Assembly: GCA_964016885.1 (NCBI GenBank)
Contig: OZ024744.1
Location: 30,008,001-30,072,000, forward strand
Direction of reading: 5' to 3'
Length of the DNA: 64,000 nt
Source of the DNA: Eledone cirrhosa
Lineage: Eukaryota
Translations under genes and position numbers: made by a program
Notes under the pieces: model-generated
The model's input: only the letters and a program-made list of their open reading frames with translations
Databases searched by the model: none
What the model was told of the DNA's origin: nothing
Part shown: positions 49,401 through 64,000 of the stretch, piece by piece
Position numbering within the stretch: position 1 is the stretch's first letter
Layout: each line of letters opens with the position of its first letter

Positions 49401-52400
49401 ATAGATACACCTAGAACACAAAGTAATCAATGTATGTCCCTCTATGTACATAGGACAGTCACACCTACATCTGACCATAGATACACCTAGAACACAAAGT
49501 AATCACTGTATGTCCCTCTATGTAAATAGGACAGTCACACCTACATCTGAGAATAGATACACCTAGAACACAAAGTAATCACTGTATGTCCCTCTATGTA
49601 AATAGGACAGTCACACCTACATCTGACTATAGATACACCTAGAACACAAAGTAAACATTTTATGTCCCTCTACGTAAATAGGACAGTCACACCTACATCT
49701 GACTAAAGATACACCTAGAACACAAAGTAATCACTGTATGTCCCTCTATGTAAATAGGACAGTCACACCTACATCTGACAATAGATACACCTAGAACACA
49801 AAGTAATCAATTTATGTCCCTCTATGTAAATAGGACAGTCACACCTACCTCTGACCATAGATACACCTCGAACACAAAGTAATCACTGTATGTCCCTCTA
49901 TGTAAATAAGACAGTCACACCTAGATCTGACCATAGATACACATATAACACAAAGTAATCGCTGTATGTCCCTCTATGTAAATAAGACAGTCACACCTAC
50001 ATCTGACTATAGATACACATAGAACACAAACTAATCACTGTATGTCCCTCTATGAAAATAGGACAGTCACACCTACATCTGACTAAAGATACACCTAGAA
50101 CACAAAGTAATCATTTTATGTCCCTCTATGTAAATAGGACAGTGACACCTACATCTGTCCATAGATACACCTAGAACACAAAGTAATCACTGTATGTCCC
50201 TCTATGTAAATAGGACAGTCACACCTACATCTGACTATAGATACACCTAGAACACAAAGTAATCACTGTATGTCCCTCTATGTAAATAGGACAGTCACAC
50301 CTACATCTGACAATAGATACACCTAGAACACAAAGTAATCACTGTATGTCCCTCTATGAAAATAGGACAGTCACACCTACATCTGACTAAAGATACACCT
50401 AGAACACAAAGTAATCATTTTATGTCCCTCTACGTAAATAGGACAGTCACACCTACATCTGACTATAGATACACCTAGAACACAAAGTAATCAATGTATG
50501 TCCCTCTATGTACATAGGACAGTCACACCTACATCTGACCATAGATACACCTAGAACACAAAGTAATCACTGTATGTCCCTCTATGTAAATAGGACAGTC
50601 ACACCTACATCTGAGAATAGATACACCTAGAACACAAAGTAATCACTGTATGTCCCTCTATGTAAATAGGACAGTCACACCTACATCTGACTATAGATAC
50701 ACCTAGAACACAAAGTAAACATTTTATGTCCCTCTACGTAAATAGGACAGTCACACCTACATCTGACTATAGATACACCTAGAACACAAAGTAATCAATG
50801 TATGTCCCTCTATGTAAATAGGACAGTCACACCTACATCTGACCATAGATACACCTAGAACACAAAGTAATCAATTTGTGTCCCTCTATGTAAATAGGAC
50901 AGTCACACCTACCTCTGACCATAGATACACCTCGAACACAAAGTAATCACTGTATGTCCCTCTATGTAAATAAGACAGTCACACCTAGATCTGACCATAG
51001 ATACACATATAACACAAAGTAATCGCTGTATGTCCCTCTATGTAAATAAGACAGTCACACCTACATCTGACTATAAATACACCTAGAACACAAAGTAATC
51101 ACTGTATGTCCCTCTATGAAAATAGGACAGTCACACCTACATCTGACTAAAGATACACCTAGAACACAAAGTAATCATTTTATGTCCCTCTACGTAAATA
51201 GGACAGTCACACCTACATCTGACTATAGATACACCTAGAACACAAAGTAATCAATGTATGTCCCTCTATGTACATAGGACAGTCACACCTACATCTGACC
51301 ATAGATACACCTAGAACACAAAGTAATCACTGTATGTCCCTCTATGTAAATAGGACAGTCACACCTACATCTGAGAATAGATACACCTAGAACACAAAGT
51401 AATCACTGTATGTCCCTCTATGTAAATAGGACAGTCACACCTACATCTGACTATAGATACACCTAGAACACAAAGTAAACATTTTATGTCCCTCTACGTA
51501 AATAGGACAGTCACACCTACATCTGACTAAAGATACACCTAGAACACAAAGTAATCACTGTATGTCCCTCTATGTAAATAGGACAGTCACACCTACATCT
51601 GACAATAGATACACCTAGAACACAAAGTAATCAATTTATGTCCCTCTATGTAAATAGGACAGTCACACCTACCTCTGACCATAGATACACCTCGAACACA
51701 AAGTAATCACTGTATGTCCCTCTATGTAAATAAGACAGTCACACCTAGATCTGACCATAGATACACATATAACACAAAGTAATCGCTGTATGTCCCTCTA
51801 TGTAAATAAGACAGTCACACCTACATCTGACTATAGATACACATAGAACACAAACTAATCACTGTATGTCCCTCTATGAAAATAGGACAGTCACACCTAC
51901 ATCTGACTAAAGATACACCTAGAACACAAAGTAATCATTTTATGTCCCTCTATGTAAATAGGACAGTGACACCTACATCTGACCATAGATACACCTAGAA
52001 CACAAAGTAATCACTGTATGTCCCTCTATGTAAATAGGACAGTCACACCTACATCTGACTATAGATACACCTAGAACACAAAGTAATCACTGTATGTCCC
52101 TCTATGTAAATAGGACAGTCACACCTACATCTGACAATAGATACACCTAGAACACAAAGTAATCACTGTATGTCCCTCTATGAAAATAGGACAGTCACAC
52201 CTACATCTGACTAAAGATACACCTAGAACACAAAGTAATCATTTTATGTCCCTCTACGTAAATAGGACAGTCACACCTACATCTGACTATAGATACACCT
52301 AGAACACAAAGTAATCAATGTATGTCCCTCTATGTACATAGGACAGTCACACCTACATCTGACCATAGATACACCTAGAACACAAAGTAATCACTGTATG

Positions 52401-55400
52401 TCCCTCTATGTAAATAGGACAGTCACACCTACATCTGAGAATAGATACACCTAGAACACAAAGTAATCACTGTATGTCCCTCTATGTAAATAGGACAGTC
52501 ACACCTACATCTGACTATAGATACACCTAGAACACAAAGTAAACATTTTATGTCCCTCTACGTAAATAGGACAGTCACACCTACATCTGACTATAGATAC
52601 ACCTAGAACCCAAAGTAATCAATGTATGTCCCTCTATGTAAATAGGACAGTCACACCTACATCTGACCATAGATACACCTAGAACACAAAGTAATCACTG
52701 TATGTCCCTCTATATAAATAGGACAGTCACACCTACATCTGACCATAGATACACCTAGAACACAAAGTAATCACTGTATGTCCCTCTATGTAAATAGGAC
52801 AGTCACACCTACATCTGACAATAGATACACCTAGAACACAAAGTAATCACTGTATGTCCCTCTATGAAAATAGGACAGTCACACCTACATCTGACTATAG
52901 ATACACCTAGAACACAAAGTAATCAATGTATGTCCCTCTATGTAAATAGGACAGTCACACCTACATCTGACCATAGATACACCTAGAACACAAAGTAATC
53001 ACGGTATGTCCCTCTATGTAAATAGGACAGTCACACCTACATCTGACCATAGATACACCTAGAACACAAAGTAATCACTGTATGTCCCTCTATGTAAATA
53101 GGACAGTCACACCTACATCTGACAATAGATACACCTAGAACACAAAGTAATCACTGTATGTCCCTCTATGTAATTAGGACAGTCACACCTACATCTGACC
53201 ATAGATACACCTAGAACACAAAGTAATCAATTTATGTCCCTCTATGTAAATAGGACAGTCACACCTACCTCTGACCATAGATACACCTCGAACACAAAGT
53301 AATCACTGTATGTCACTCTATGTAAATAAGACAGTCACACCTAGATCTGACCATAGATACACATATAACACAAAGTAATCGCTGTATGTCCCTCTATGTA
53401 AATAAGACAGTCACACCTACATCTGACTATAGATACACCTAGAACACAAAGTAATCACTGTATGTCCCTCTATGTAAATAAGACAGTCACACCTAGATCT
53501 GACCATAGATACACATATAACACAAAGTAATCGCTGTATGTCCCTCTATGTAAATAAGACAGTCACACCTACATCTGACTATAGATACACCTAGAACACA
53601 AAGTAATCACTGTATGTCCCTCTATGTAAATAGGACAGTCACACCTACATCTGACCATAGATACACCTAGAACACAAAGTAATCACTGTATGTCCCTCTA
53701 TGGAAATAGGACAGTCACACCTACATCTGACAATAGATACACCTAGAACACAAAGTAATCACTGTATGTCCCTCTATGAAAATAGGACAGTCACACCTAC
53801 ATCTGACTATAGATACACCTAGAACACAAAGTAATCAATGTATGTCCCTCTATGTAAATAGGACAGTCACACCTACATCTGACCATAGATACACCTAGAA
53901 CACAAAGTAATCACTGTATGTCCCTCTATGTAAATAGGACAGTCACACCTACATCTGACCATAGATACACCTCGAACACAAAGTAATCACTGTATGTCCC
54001 TCTATGTAAATAAGACAGTCACACCTAGATCTGACCATAGATACACATATAACACAAAGTAATCGCTGTATGTCCCTCTATGCAAATAAGACAGTCACAC
54101 CTACATCTGACTATAGATACACCTAGAACACAAAGTAATCACTGTATGTCCCTCTATGTAAATAGGACAGTCACACCTACATCTGACTATAGATACACCT
54201 AGAACACAAAGTAATCATTTTATATCCCTCTACGTAAATAGGACAGTCACACGTACATCTGACTATAGATACACCTAGAACACAAAGTAATCAATGTATG
54301 TCCCTCTATGTAAATAGGACAGTCACACCTACATCTGACCATAGATACACCTAGAACACAAAGTAATCACTGTATGTCCCTCTATGTAAATAGGACAGAC
54401 ACACCTACATCTGACAATAGATACACCTAGAACACAAAGTAATCACTGTATGTCCCTCTATGAAAATAGGACAGTCACACCTACATTTGACTATAGATAC
54501 ACCTAGAACACAAAGTAATCATTTTATGTCCCTCTACGTAAATAGGACAGTCACACCTACATCTGACTATAGATACACATAGAACACAAAGTAATCAATG
54601 TATGTCCCTCTATGTAAATAGGACAGTGACACCTACATCTGACCATAGATACACCTAGAACACAAAGTAATCACTGTATGTCCCTCTATGTAAATAGGAC
54701 AGTCACACCTACATCTGACTATAGATACACCTAGAACACAAAGTAAACATTTTATGTCCCTCTACGTAAATAGGACAGTCACACCTACATCTGACTATAG
54801 ATACACCTAGAACCCAAAGTAATCAATGTATGTCCCTCTATGTAAATAGGACAGTCACACCTACATCTGACCATAGATACACCTAGAACACAAAGTAATC
54901 ACTGTATGTCCCTCTATGTAAATAGGACAGTCACACCTACATCTGACCATAGATACACCTAGAACACAAAGTAATCACTGTATGTCCCTCTATGTAAATA
55001 GGACAGTCACACCTACATCTGACAATAGATACACCTAGAACACAAAGTAATCACTGTATGTCCCTCTATGAAAATAGGACAGTCACACCTACATCTGACT
55101 ATAGATACACCTAGAACACAAAGTAATCATTTTATGTCCCTCTACGTAAATAGGACAGTCACACCTACATCTGACTATAGATACACCTAGAACACAAAGT
55201 AATCACTGTATGTCTCTCTATGTAAATAGGACAGTCACACCTACATCTGACAATAGATACACCTAGAACACAAAGTAATCAATTTGTGTCCCTCTATGTA
55301 AATAGGACAGTCACACCTACCTCTGACCATAGATACACCTCGAACACAAAGTAATCACTGTATGTCCCTCTATGTAAATAAGACAGTCACACCTAGATCT

Positions 55401-58400
55401 GACCATAGATACACATATAACACAAAGTAATCGCTGTATGTCCCTCTATGTAAATAAGACAGTCACACCTACATCTGACTATAAATACACCTAGAACACA
55501 AAGTAATCACTGTATGTCCCTCTATGAAAATAGGACAGTCACACCTACATCTGACTAAAGATACACCTAGAACACAAAGTAATCATTTTATGTCCCTCTA
55601 CGTAAATAGGACAGTCACACCTACATCTGACTATAGATACACCTAGAACACAAAGTAATCAATGTATGTCCCTCTATGTACATAGGACAGTCACACCTAC
55701 ATCTGACCATAGATACACCTAGAACACAAAGTAATCACTGTATGTCCCTCTATGTAAATAGGACAGTCACACCTACATCTGAGAATAGATACACCTAGAA
55801 CACAAAGTAATCACTGTATGTCCCTCTATGTAAATAGGACAGTCACACCTACATCTGACTATAGATACACCTAGAACACAAAGTAAACATTTTATGTCCC
55901 TCTACGTAAATAGGACAGTCACACCTACATCTGACTAAAGATACACCTAGAACACAAAGTAATCACTGTATGTCCCTCTATGTAAATAGGACAGTCACAC
56001 CTACATCTGACAATAGATACACCTAGAACACAAAGTAATCAATTTATGTCCCTCTATGTAAATAGGACAGTCACACCTACCTCTGACCATAGATACACCT
56101 CGAACACAAAGTAATCACTGTATGTCCCTCTATGTAAATAAGACAGTCACACCTAGATCTGACCATAGATACACATATAACACAAAGTAATCGCTGTATG
56201 TCCCTCTATGTAAATAAGACAGTCACACCTACATCTGACTATAGATACACATAGAACACAAACTAATCACTGTATGTCCCTCTATGAAAATAGGACAGTC
56301 ACACCTACATCTGACTAAAGATACACCTAGAACACAAAGTAATCATTTTATGTCCCTCTATGTAAATAGGACAGTGACACCTACATCTGACCATAGATAC
56401 ACCTAGAACACAAAGTAATCACTGTATGTCCCTCTATGTAAATAGGACAGTCACACCTACATCTGACTATAGATACACCTAGAACACAAAGTAATCACTG
56501 TATGTCCCTCTATGTAAATAGGACAGTCACACCTACATCTGACAATAGATACACCTGGAACACAAAGTAATCACTGTATGTCCCTCTATGAAAATAGGAC
56601 AGTCACACCTACATCTGACTAAAGATACACCTAGAACACAAAGTAATCATTTTATGTCCCTCTACGTAAATAGGACAGTCACACCTACATCTGACTATAG
56701 ATACACCTAGAACACAAAGTAATCAATGTATGTCCCTCTATGTACATAGGACAGTCACTCCTACATCTGACCATAGATACACCTAGAACACAAAGTAATC
56801 ACTGTATGTCCCTCTATGTAAATAGGACAGTCACACCTACATCTGAGAATAGATACACCTAGAACACAAAGTAATCACTGTATGTCCCTCTATGTAAATA
56901 GGACAGTCACACCTACATCTGACTATAGATACACCTAGAACACAAAGTAAACATTTTATGTCCCTCTACGTAAATAGGACAGTCACACCTACATCTGACT
57001 ATAGATACACCTAGAACACAAAGTAATCAATGTATGTCCCTCTATGTAAATAGGACAGTCACACCTACATCTGACCATAGATACACCTAGAACACAAAGT
57101 AATCACTGTATGTCCCTCTATGTAAATAGGACAGTCACACCTACATCTGACCATAGATACACCTAGAACACAAAGTAATCACTGTATGTCCCTCTATGTA
57201 AATAGGACAGTCACACCTACATCTGACAATAGATACACCTAGAACACAAAGTAATCACTGTATGTCCCTCTATGAAAATAGGACAGTCACACCTACATCT
57301 GACTATAGATACACCTAGAACACAAAGTAATCAATGTATGTCCCTCTATGTAAATAGGACAGTCACACCTACATCTGACCATAGATACACCTAGAACACA
57401 AAGTAATCACGGTATGTCCCTCTATGTAAATAGGACAGTCACACCTACATCTGACCATAGATACACCTAGAACACAAAGTAATCACTGTATGTCCCTCTA
57501 TGTAAGTAGGACAGTCACACCTACATCTGACAATAGATACACCTAGAACACAAAGTAATCACTGTATGTCCCTCTATGTAAATAGGACAGTCACACCTAC
57601 ATCTGACCATAGATACACCTAGAACACAAAGTAATCAATTTATGTCCCTCTATGTAAATAGGACAGTCACACCTACCTCTGACCATAGATACACCTCGAA
57701 CACAAAGTAATCACTGTATGTCCCTCTATGTAAATAAGACAGTCACACCTAGATCTGACCATAGATACACATATAACACAAAGTAATCGCTGTATGTCCC
57801 TCTATGTAAATAAGACAGTCACACCTACATCTGACTATAGATACACCTAGAACACAAAGTAATCACTGTATGTCCCTCTATGTAAATAGGACAGTCACAC
57901 CTACATCTGACAATAGATACACCTAGAACACAAAGTAATCACTGTATGTCCCTCTATGAAAATAGGACAGTCACACCTACATCTGACTAAAGATACACCT
58001 AGAACACAAAGTAATCATTTTATGTCCCTCTACGTAAATAGGACAGTCACACCTACATCTGACTATAGATACACCTAGAACACAAAGTAATCAATGTATG
58101 TCCCTCTATGTACATAGGACAGTCACACCTACATCTGACCATAGATACACCTAGAACACAAAGTAATCACTGTATGTCCCTCTATGTAAATAGGACAGTC
58201 ACACCTACATCTGAGAATAGATACACCTAGAACACAAAGTAATCACTGTATGTCCCTCTATGTAAATAGGACAGTCACACCTACATCTGACTATAGATAC
58301 ACCTAGAACACAAAGTAAACATTTTATGTCCCTCTACGTAAATAGGACAGTCACACCTACATCTGACTATAGATACACCTAGAACACAAAGTAATCAATG

Positions 58401-61400
58401 TATGTCCCTCTATGTAAATAGGACAGTCACACCTACATCTGACCATAGATACACCTAGAACACAAAGTAATCACTGTATGTCCCTCTATGTAAATAGGAC
58501 AGTCACACCTACATCTGACCATAGATACACCTAGAACACAAAGTAATCACTGTATGTCCCTCTATGTAAATAGGACAGTCACACCTACATCTGACAATAG
58601 ATACACCTAGAACACAAAGTAATCACTGTATGTCCCTCTATGAAAATAGGACAGTCACACCTACATCTGACTATAGATACACCTAGAACACAAAGTAATC
58701 AATGTATGTCCCTCTATGTAAATAGGACAGTCACACCTACATCTGACCATAGATACACCTAGAACACAAAGTAATCACGGTATGTCCCTCTATGTAAATA
58801 GGACAGTCACACCTACATCTGACCATAGATACACCTAGAACACAAAGTAATCACTGTATGTCCCTCTATGTAAATAGGACAGTCACACCTACATCTGACA
58901 ATAGATACACCTAGAACACAAAGTAATCACTGTATGTCCCTCTATGTAAATAGGACAGTCACACCTACATCTGACCATAGATACACCTAGAACACAAAGT
59001 AATCAATTTATGTCCCTCTATGTAAATAGGACAGTCACACCTACCTCTGACCATAGATACACCTCGAACACAAAGTAATCACTGTATGTCCCTCTATGTA
59101 AATAAGACAGTCACACCTAGATCTGACCATAGATACACATATAACACAAAGTAATCGCTGTATGTCCCTCTATGTAAATAAGACAGTCACACCTACATCT
59201 GACTATAGATACACCTAGAACACAAAGTAATCACTGTATGTCCCTCTATGTAAATAGGACAGTCACACCTACATCTGACAATAGATACACCTAGAACACA
59301 AAGTAATCACTGTATGTCCCTCTATGAAAATAGGACAGTCACACCTACATCTGACTAAAGATACACCTAGAACACAAAGTAATCATTTTATGTCCCTCTA
59401 CGTAAATAGGACAGTCACACCTACATCTGACTATAGATACACCTAGAACACAAAGTAATCAATGTATGTCCCTCTATGTACATAGGACAGTCACACCTAC
59501 ATCTGACCATAGATACACCTAGAACACAAAGTAATCACTGTATGTCCCTCTATGTAAATAGGACAGTCACACCTACATCTGAGAATAGATACACCTAGAA
59601 CACAAAGTAATCACTGTATGTCCCTCTATGTAAGTAGGACAGTCACACCTACATCTGACTATAGATACACCTAGAACACAAAGTAAACATTTTATGTCCC
59701 TCTACGTAAATAGGACAGTCACACCTACAGCTGACTATAGATACACCTAGAACACAAAGTAATCAATGTATGTCCCTCTATGTAAATAGGACAGTCACAC
59801 CTACATCTGACCATAGATACACCTAGAACACAAAGTAATCACTGTATGTCCCTCTATGTAAATAGGACAGTCACACCTACATCTGACCATAGATACACCT
59901 AGAACACAAAGTAATCACTGTATGTCCCTCTATGTAAATAGGACAGTCACACCTACATCTGACAATAGATACACCTAGAACACAAAGTAATCACTGTATG
60001 TCCCTCTATGAAAATAGGACAGTCACACCTACATCTGACTATAGATACACCTAGAACACAAAGTAATCAATGTATGTCCCTCTATGTAAATAGGACAGTC
60101 ACACCTACATCTGACCATAGATACACCTAGAACACAAAGTAATCACGGTATGTCCCTCTATGTAAATAGGACAGTCACACCTACATCTGACCATAGATAC
60201 ACCTAGAACACAAAGTAATCACTGTATGTCCCTCTATGTAAATAGGACAGTCACACCTACATCTGACAATAGATACACCTAGAACACAAAGTAATCACTG
60301 TATGTCCCTCTATGTAAATAGGACAGTCACACCTACATCTGACCATAGATACACCTAGAACACAAAGTAATCAATTTATGTCCCTCTATGTAAATAGGTC
60401 AGTCACACCTACCTCTGACCATAGATACACCTCGAACACAAAGTAATCACTGTATGTCCCTCTATGTAAATAAGACAGTCACACCTAGATCTGACCATAG
60501 ATACACATATAACACAAAGTAATCGCTGTATGTCCCTCTATGTAAATAAGACAGTCACACCTACATCTGACTATAGATACACCTAGAACACAAAGTAATC
60601 ACTGTATGTCCCTCTATGTAAATAGGACAGTCACACCTACATCTGACTATAGATACACCTAGAACACAAAGTAATCATTTTATATCCCTCTACGTAAATA
60701 GGACAGTCACACGTACATCTGACTATAGATACACCTAGAACACAAAGTAATCAATGTATGTCCCTCTATGTAAATAGGACAGTCACACCTACATCTGACC
60801 ATAGATACAACTAGTACACAAAGTAATCACTGTATGTCCCTCTATGTAAATAGGACAGTCACACCTACATCTGACCATAGATACACCTAGAACACAAAGT
60901 AATCACTGTATGTCCCTCTATGTAAATAGGACAGACACACCTACATCTGACAATAGATACACCTAGAACACAAAGTAATCACTGTATGTCCCTCTATAAA
61001 AATAGGACAGTCACACCTACATTTGACTATAGATACACCTAGAACACAAAGTAATCATTTTATGTCCCTCTACGTAAATAGGACAGTCACACCTACATCT
61101 GACTATAGATACACATAGAACACAAAGGAATCAATGTATGTCCCTCTATGTAAATAGGACAGTCACACCTACATCTGACCATAGATACACCTAGAACACA
61201 AAGTAATCACTGTATGTCCCTCTATGTAAATAGGACAGTCACACCTACATCTGACTATAGATACACCTAGAACACAAAGTAATCATTTTATGTCCCTCTA
61301 CGTAAATAGGACAGTCACACCTACATCTGACTACAGATACACCTAGAACACAAAGTAATCAATGTATGTCCCTCTATGTGAATAGGACAGTCACACCTAC

Positions 61401-64000
61401 ATCTGACCATAGATACACCTAGAACACAAAGTAATCACTGTATGTCCCTCTATGTAAATTGTACAGTCACACCTACATCTGACCATAGATCCACCTAGAA
61501 CACAAAGTAATCACGGTATGTCCCTCTATGTAAATAGGACAGTCACACCTACATCTGACAATAGATACACCTAGAACACAAAGTAATCACTGTATGTCCC
61601 TCTATGAAAATAGGACAGTCACACCTACATCTGACTATAGATACACCTAGAACACAAAGTAATCATTTTATGTCCCTCTACGTAAATAGGACAGTCACAC
61701 CTACATCTGACTATAGATACACCTAGAACACAAAGTAATCAATGTATGTCCGTCTATGTAAATAGGACAGTCACACCTACATCTGACCATAGATACACCT
61801 AGAACACAAAGTAATCACTGTATGCCCCTCTATGTAAATAGGACAGTCACACCTACATCTGACTATAGATACACCTAGAACACAAAGTAATCATTTTATG
61901 TCCCTCTACGTAAATAGGACAGTCACACCTACATCTGACTATAGATACACCTAGAACACAAAGTAATCAATGTATGTCCCTCTATGTAAATAGGACAGTC
62001 ACACCTACATCTGACCATAGATACACCTAGAACACAAAGTAATCACTGTATGTCCCTCTATGTAAATAGGACAGTCACACCTACATCTGACCATAGATAC
62101 ACCTAGAACACAAAGTAATCACTGTATGTCCCTCTATGTAAATAGGACAGTCACACCTACATCTGACCATAGATACACCTAGAACACAAAGTAATCACTG
62201 TATGTCCCTCTATGTAAATAGGACAGTCACACCTACATCTGACAATAGATACACCTAGAACACAAAGTAATCACTGTATGTCCCTCTATGTAAATAGGAC
62301 AGTCACACCTACATCTGACCATAGATACACCTAGAACACAAAGTAATCAATTTATGTCCCTCTATGTAAATAGGTCAGTCACACCTACCTCTGACCATAG
62401 ATACACCTCGAACACAAAGTAATCACTGTATGTCCCTCTATGTAAATAAGACAGTCACACCTAGATCTGACCATAGATACACATATAACACAAAGTAATC
62501 GCTGTATGTCCCTCTATGTAAATAAGACAGTCACACCTACATCTGACTATAGATACACCTAGAACACAAAGTAATCACTGTATGTCCCTCTATGTAAATA
62601 GGACAGTCACACCTACATCTGACTATAGATACACCTAGAACACAAAGTAATCATTTTATATCCCTCTACGTAAATAGGACAGTCACACGTACATCTGACT
62701 ATAGATACACCTAGAACACAAAGTAATCAATGTATGTCCCTCTATGTAAATAGGACAGTCACACCTACATCTGACCATAGATACAACTAGTACACAAAGT
62801 AATCACTGTATGTCCCTCTATGTAAATAGGACAGTCACACCTACATCTGACCATAGATACACCTAGAACACAAAGTAATCACTGTATGTCCCTCTATGTA
62901 AATAGGACAGACACACCTACATCTGACAATAGATACACCTAGAACACAAAGTAATCACTGTATGTCCCTCTATAAAAATAGGACAGTCACACCTACATTT
63001 GACTATAGATACACCTAGAACACAAAGTAATCATTTTATGTCCCTCTACGTAAATAGGACAGTCACACCTACATCTGACTATAGATACACATAGAACACA
63101 AAGGAATCAATGTATGTCCCTCTATGTAAATAGGACAGTCACACCTACATCTGACCATAGATACACCTAGAACACAAAGTAATCACTGTATGTCCCTCTA
63201 TGTAAATAGGACAGTCACACCTACATCTGACTATAGATACACCTAGAACACAAAGTAATCATTTTATGTCCCTCTACGTAAATAGGACAGTCACACCTAC
63301 ATCTGACTACAGATACACCTAGAACACAAAGTAATCAATGTATGTCCCTCTATGTGAATAGGACAGTCACACCTACATCTGACCATAGATACACCTAGAA
63401 CACAAAGTAATCACTGTATGTCCCTCTATGTAAATTGTACAGTCACACCTACATCTGACCATAGATCCACCTAGAACACAAAGTAATCACGGTATGTCCC
63501 TCTATGTAAATAGGACAGTCACACCTACATCTGACAATAGATACACCTAGAACACAAAGTAATCACTGTATGTCCCTCTATGAAAATAGGACAGTCACAC
63601 CTACATCTGACTATAGATACACCTAGAACACAAAGTAATCATTTTATGTCCCTCTACGTAAATAGGACAGTCACACCTACATCTGACTATAGATACACCT
63701 AGAACACAAAGTAATCAATGTATGTCCGTCTATGTAAATAGGACAGTCACACCTACATCTGACCATAGATACACCTAGAACACAAAGTAATCACTGTATG
63801 CCCCTCTATGTAAATAGGACAGTCACACCTACATCTGACTATAGATACACCTAGAACACAAAGTAATCATTTTATGTCCCTCTACGTAAATAGGACAGTC
63901 ACACCTACATCTGACTATAGATACACCTAGAACACAAAGTAATCAATGTATGTCCCTCTATGTAAATAGGACAGTCACACCTACATCTGACCATAGATAC
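46421..64000. repeat. 76-bp satellite DNA array, ~231 monomers; runs off the right edge
   Basis: Consensus ATACACCTAGAACACAAAGTAATCACTGTATGTCCCTCTATGTAAATAGGACAGTCACACCTACATCTGACCATAG. Monomers start at 46441, 46517 and so on; 63541-46441 = 225 x 76 exactly. No ORF >=60 aa in the track. Confidence 0.99.

Noticed and set aside
46421-64000. CRISPR array
   Set aside because: Contiguous monomers with no unique spacers, no cas genes and a eukaryotic context.
46421-64000. Hammerhead ribozyme satellite (retrozyme, newt satellite 2 or Schistosoma Sm-alpha type)
   Set aside because: CTGA is followed by CCA/CTA/CAA/GAA rather than NGA, and I found no CUGANGA...GAAA core on either strand.

Overview
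Eukaryotic, animal-type DNA with no prokaryotic features. The SINE families, RTE LINE and microsatellite load resemble Octopus/coleoid cephalopod DNA; this is recognition only, not a database result. The window has three blocks. (1) 1-35252: a GTT/ATT-derived tandem array with a ~45-bp unit and kb-scale internal duplications. Its minus strand reads as a mucin-like Thr-rich repeat (TTVPTKTTTITTITA) with many frameshifts. It is entered in frame from unique sequence at 35692-35253 that has a signal/TM-like stretch, four N-glycosylation sequons and one in-frame TAA. (2) 35253-46420: an 11-kb island with a decayed RTE LINE carrying three C-terminal C2H2-type fingers, other LINE fragments, two tRNA-derived SINE families, two MITE-like elements, microsatellites, a near-perfect 78-nt GC-rich hairpin and two candidate small exons. 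(3) 46421-64000: a 76-bp satellite (~231 copies) with no net indel and layered higher-order repeats. Nearly all ORFs in the supplied track are low-complexity artefacts, and no intact named gene can be called. The best lead is a giant, microsatellite-derived mucin-like locus, which could be a gene, a pseudogene or a non-coding array.
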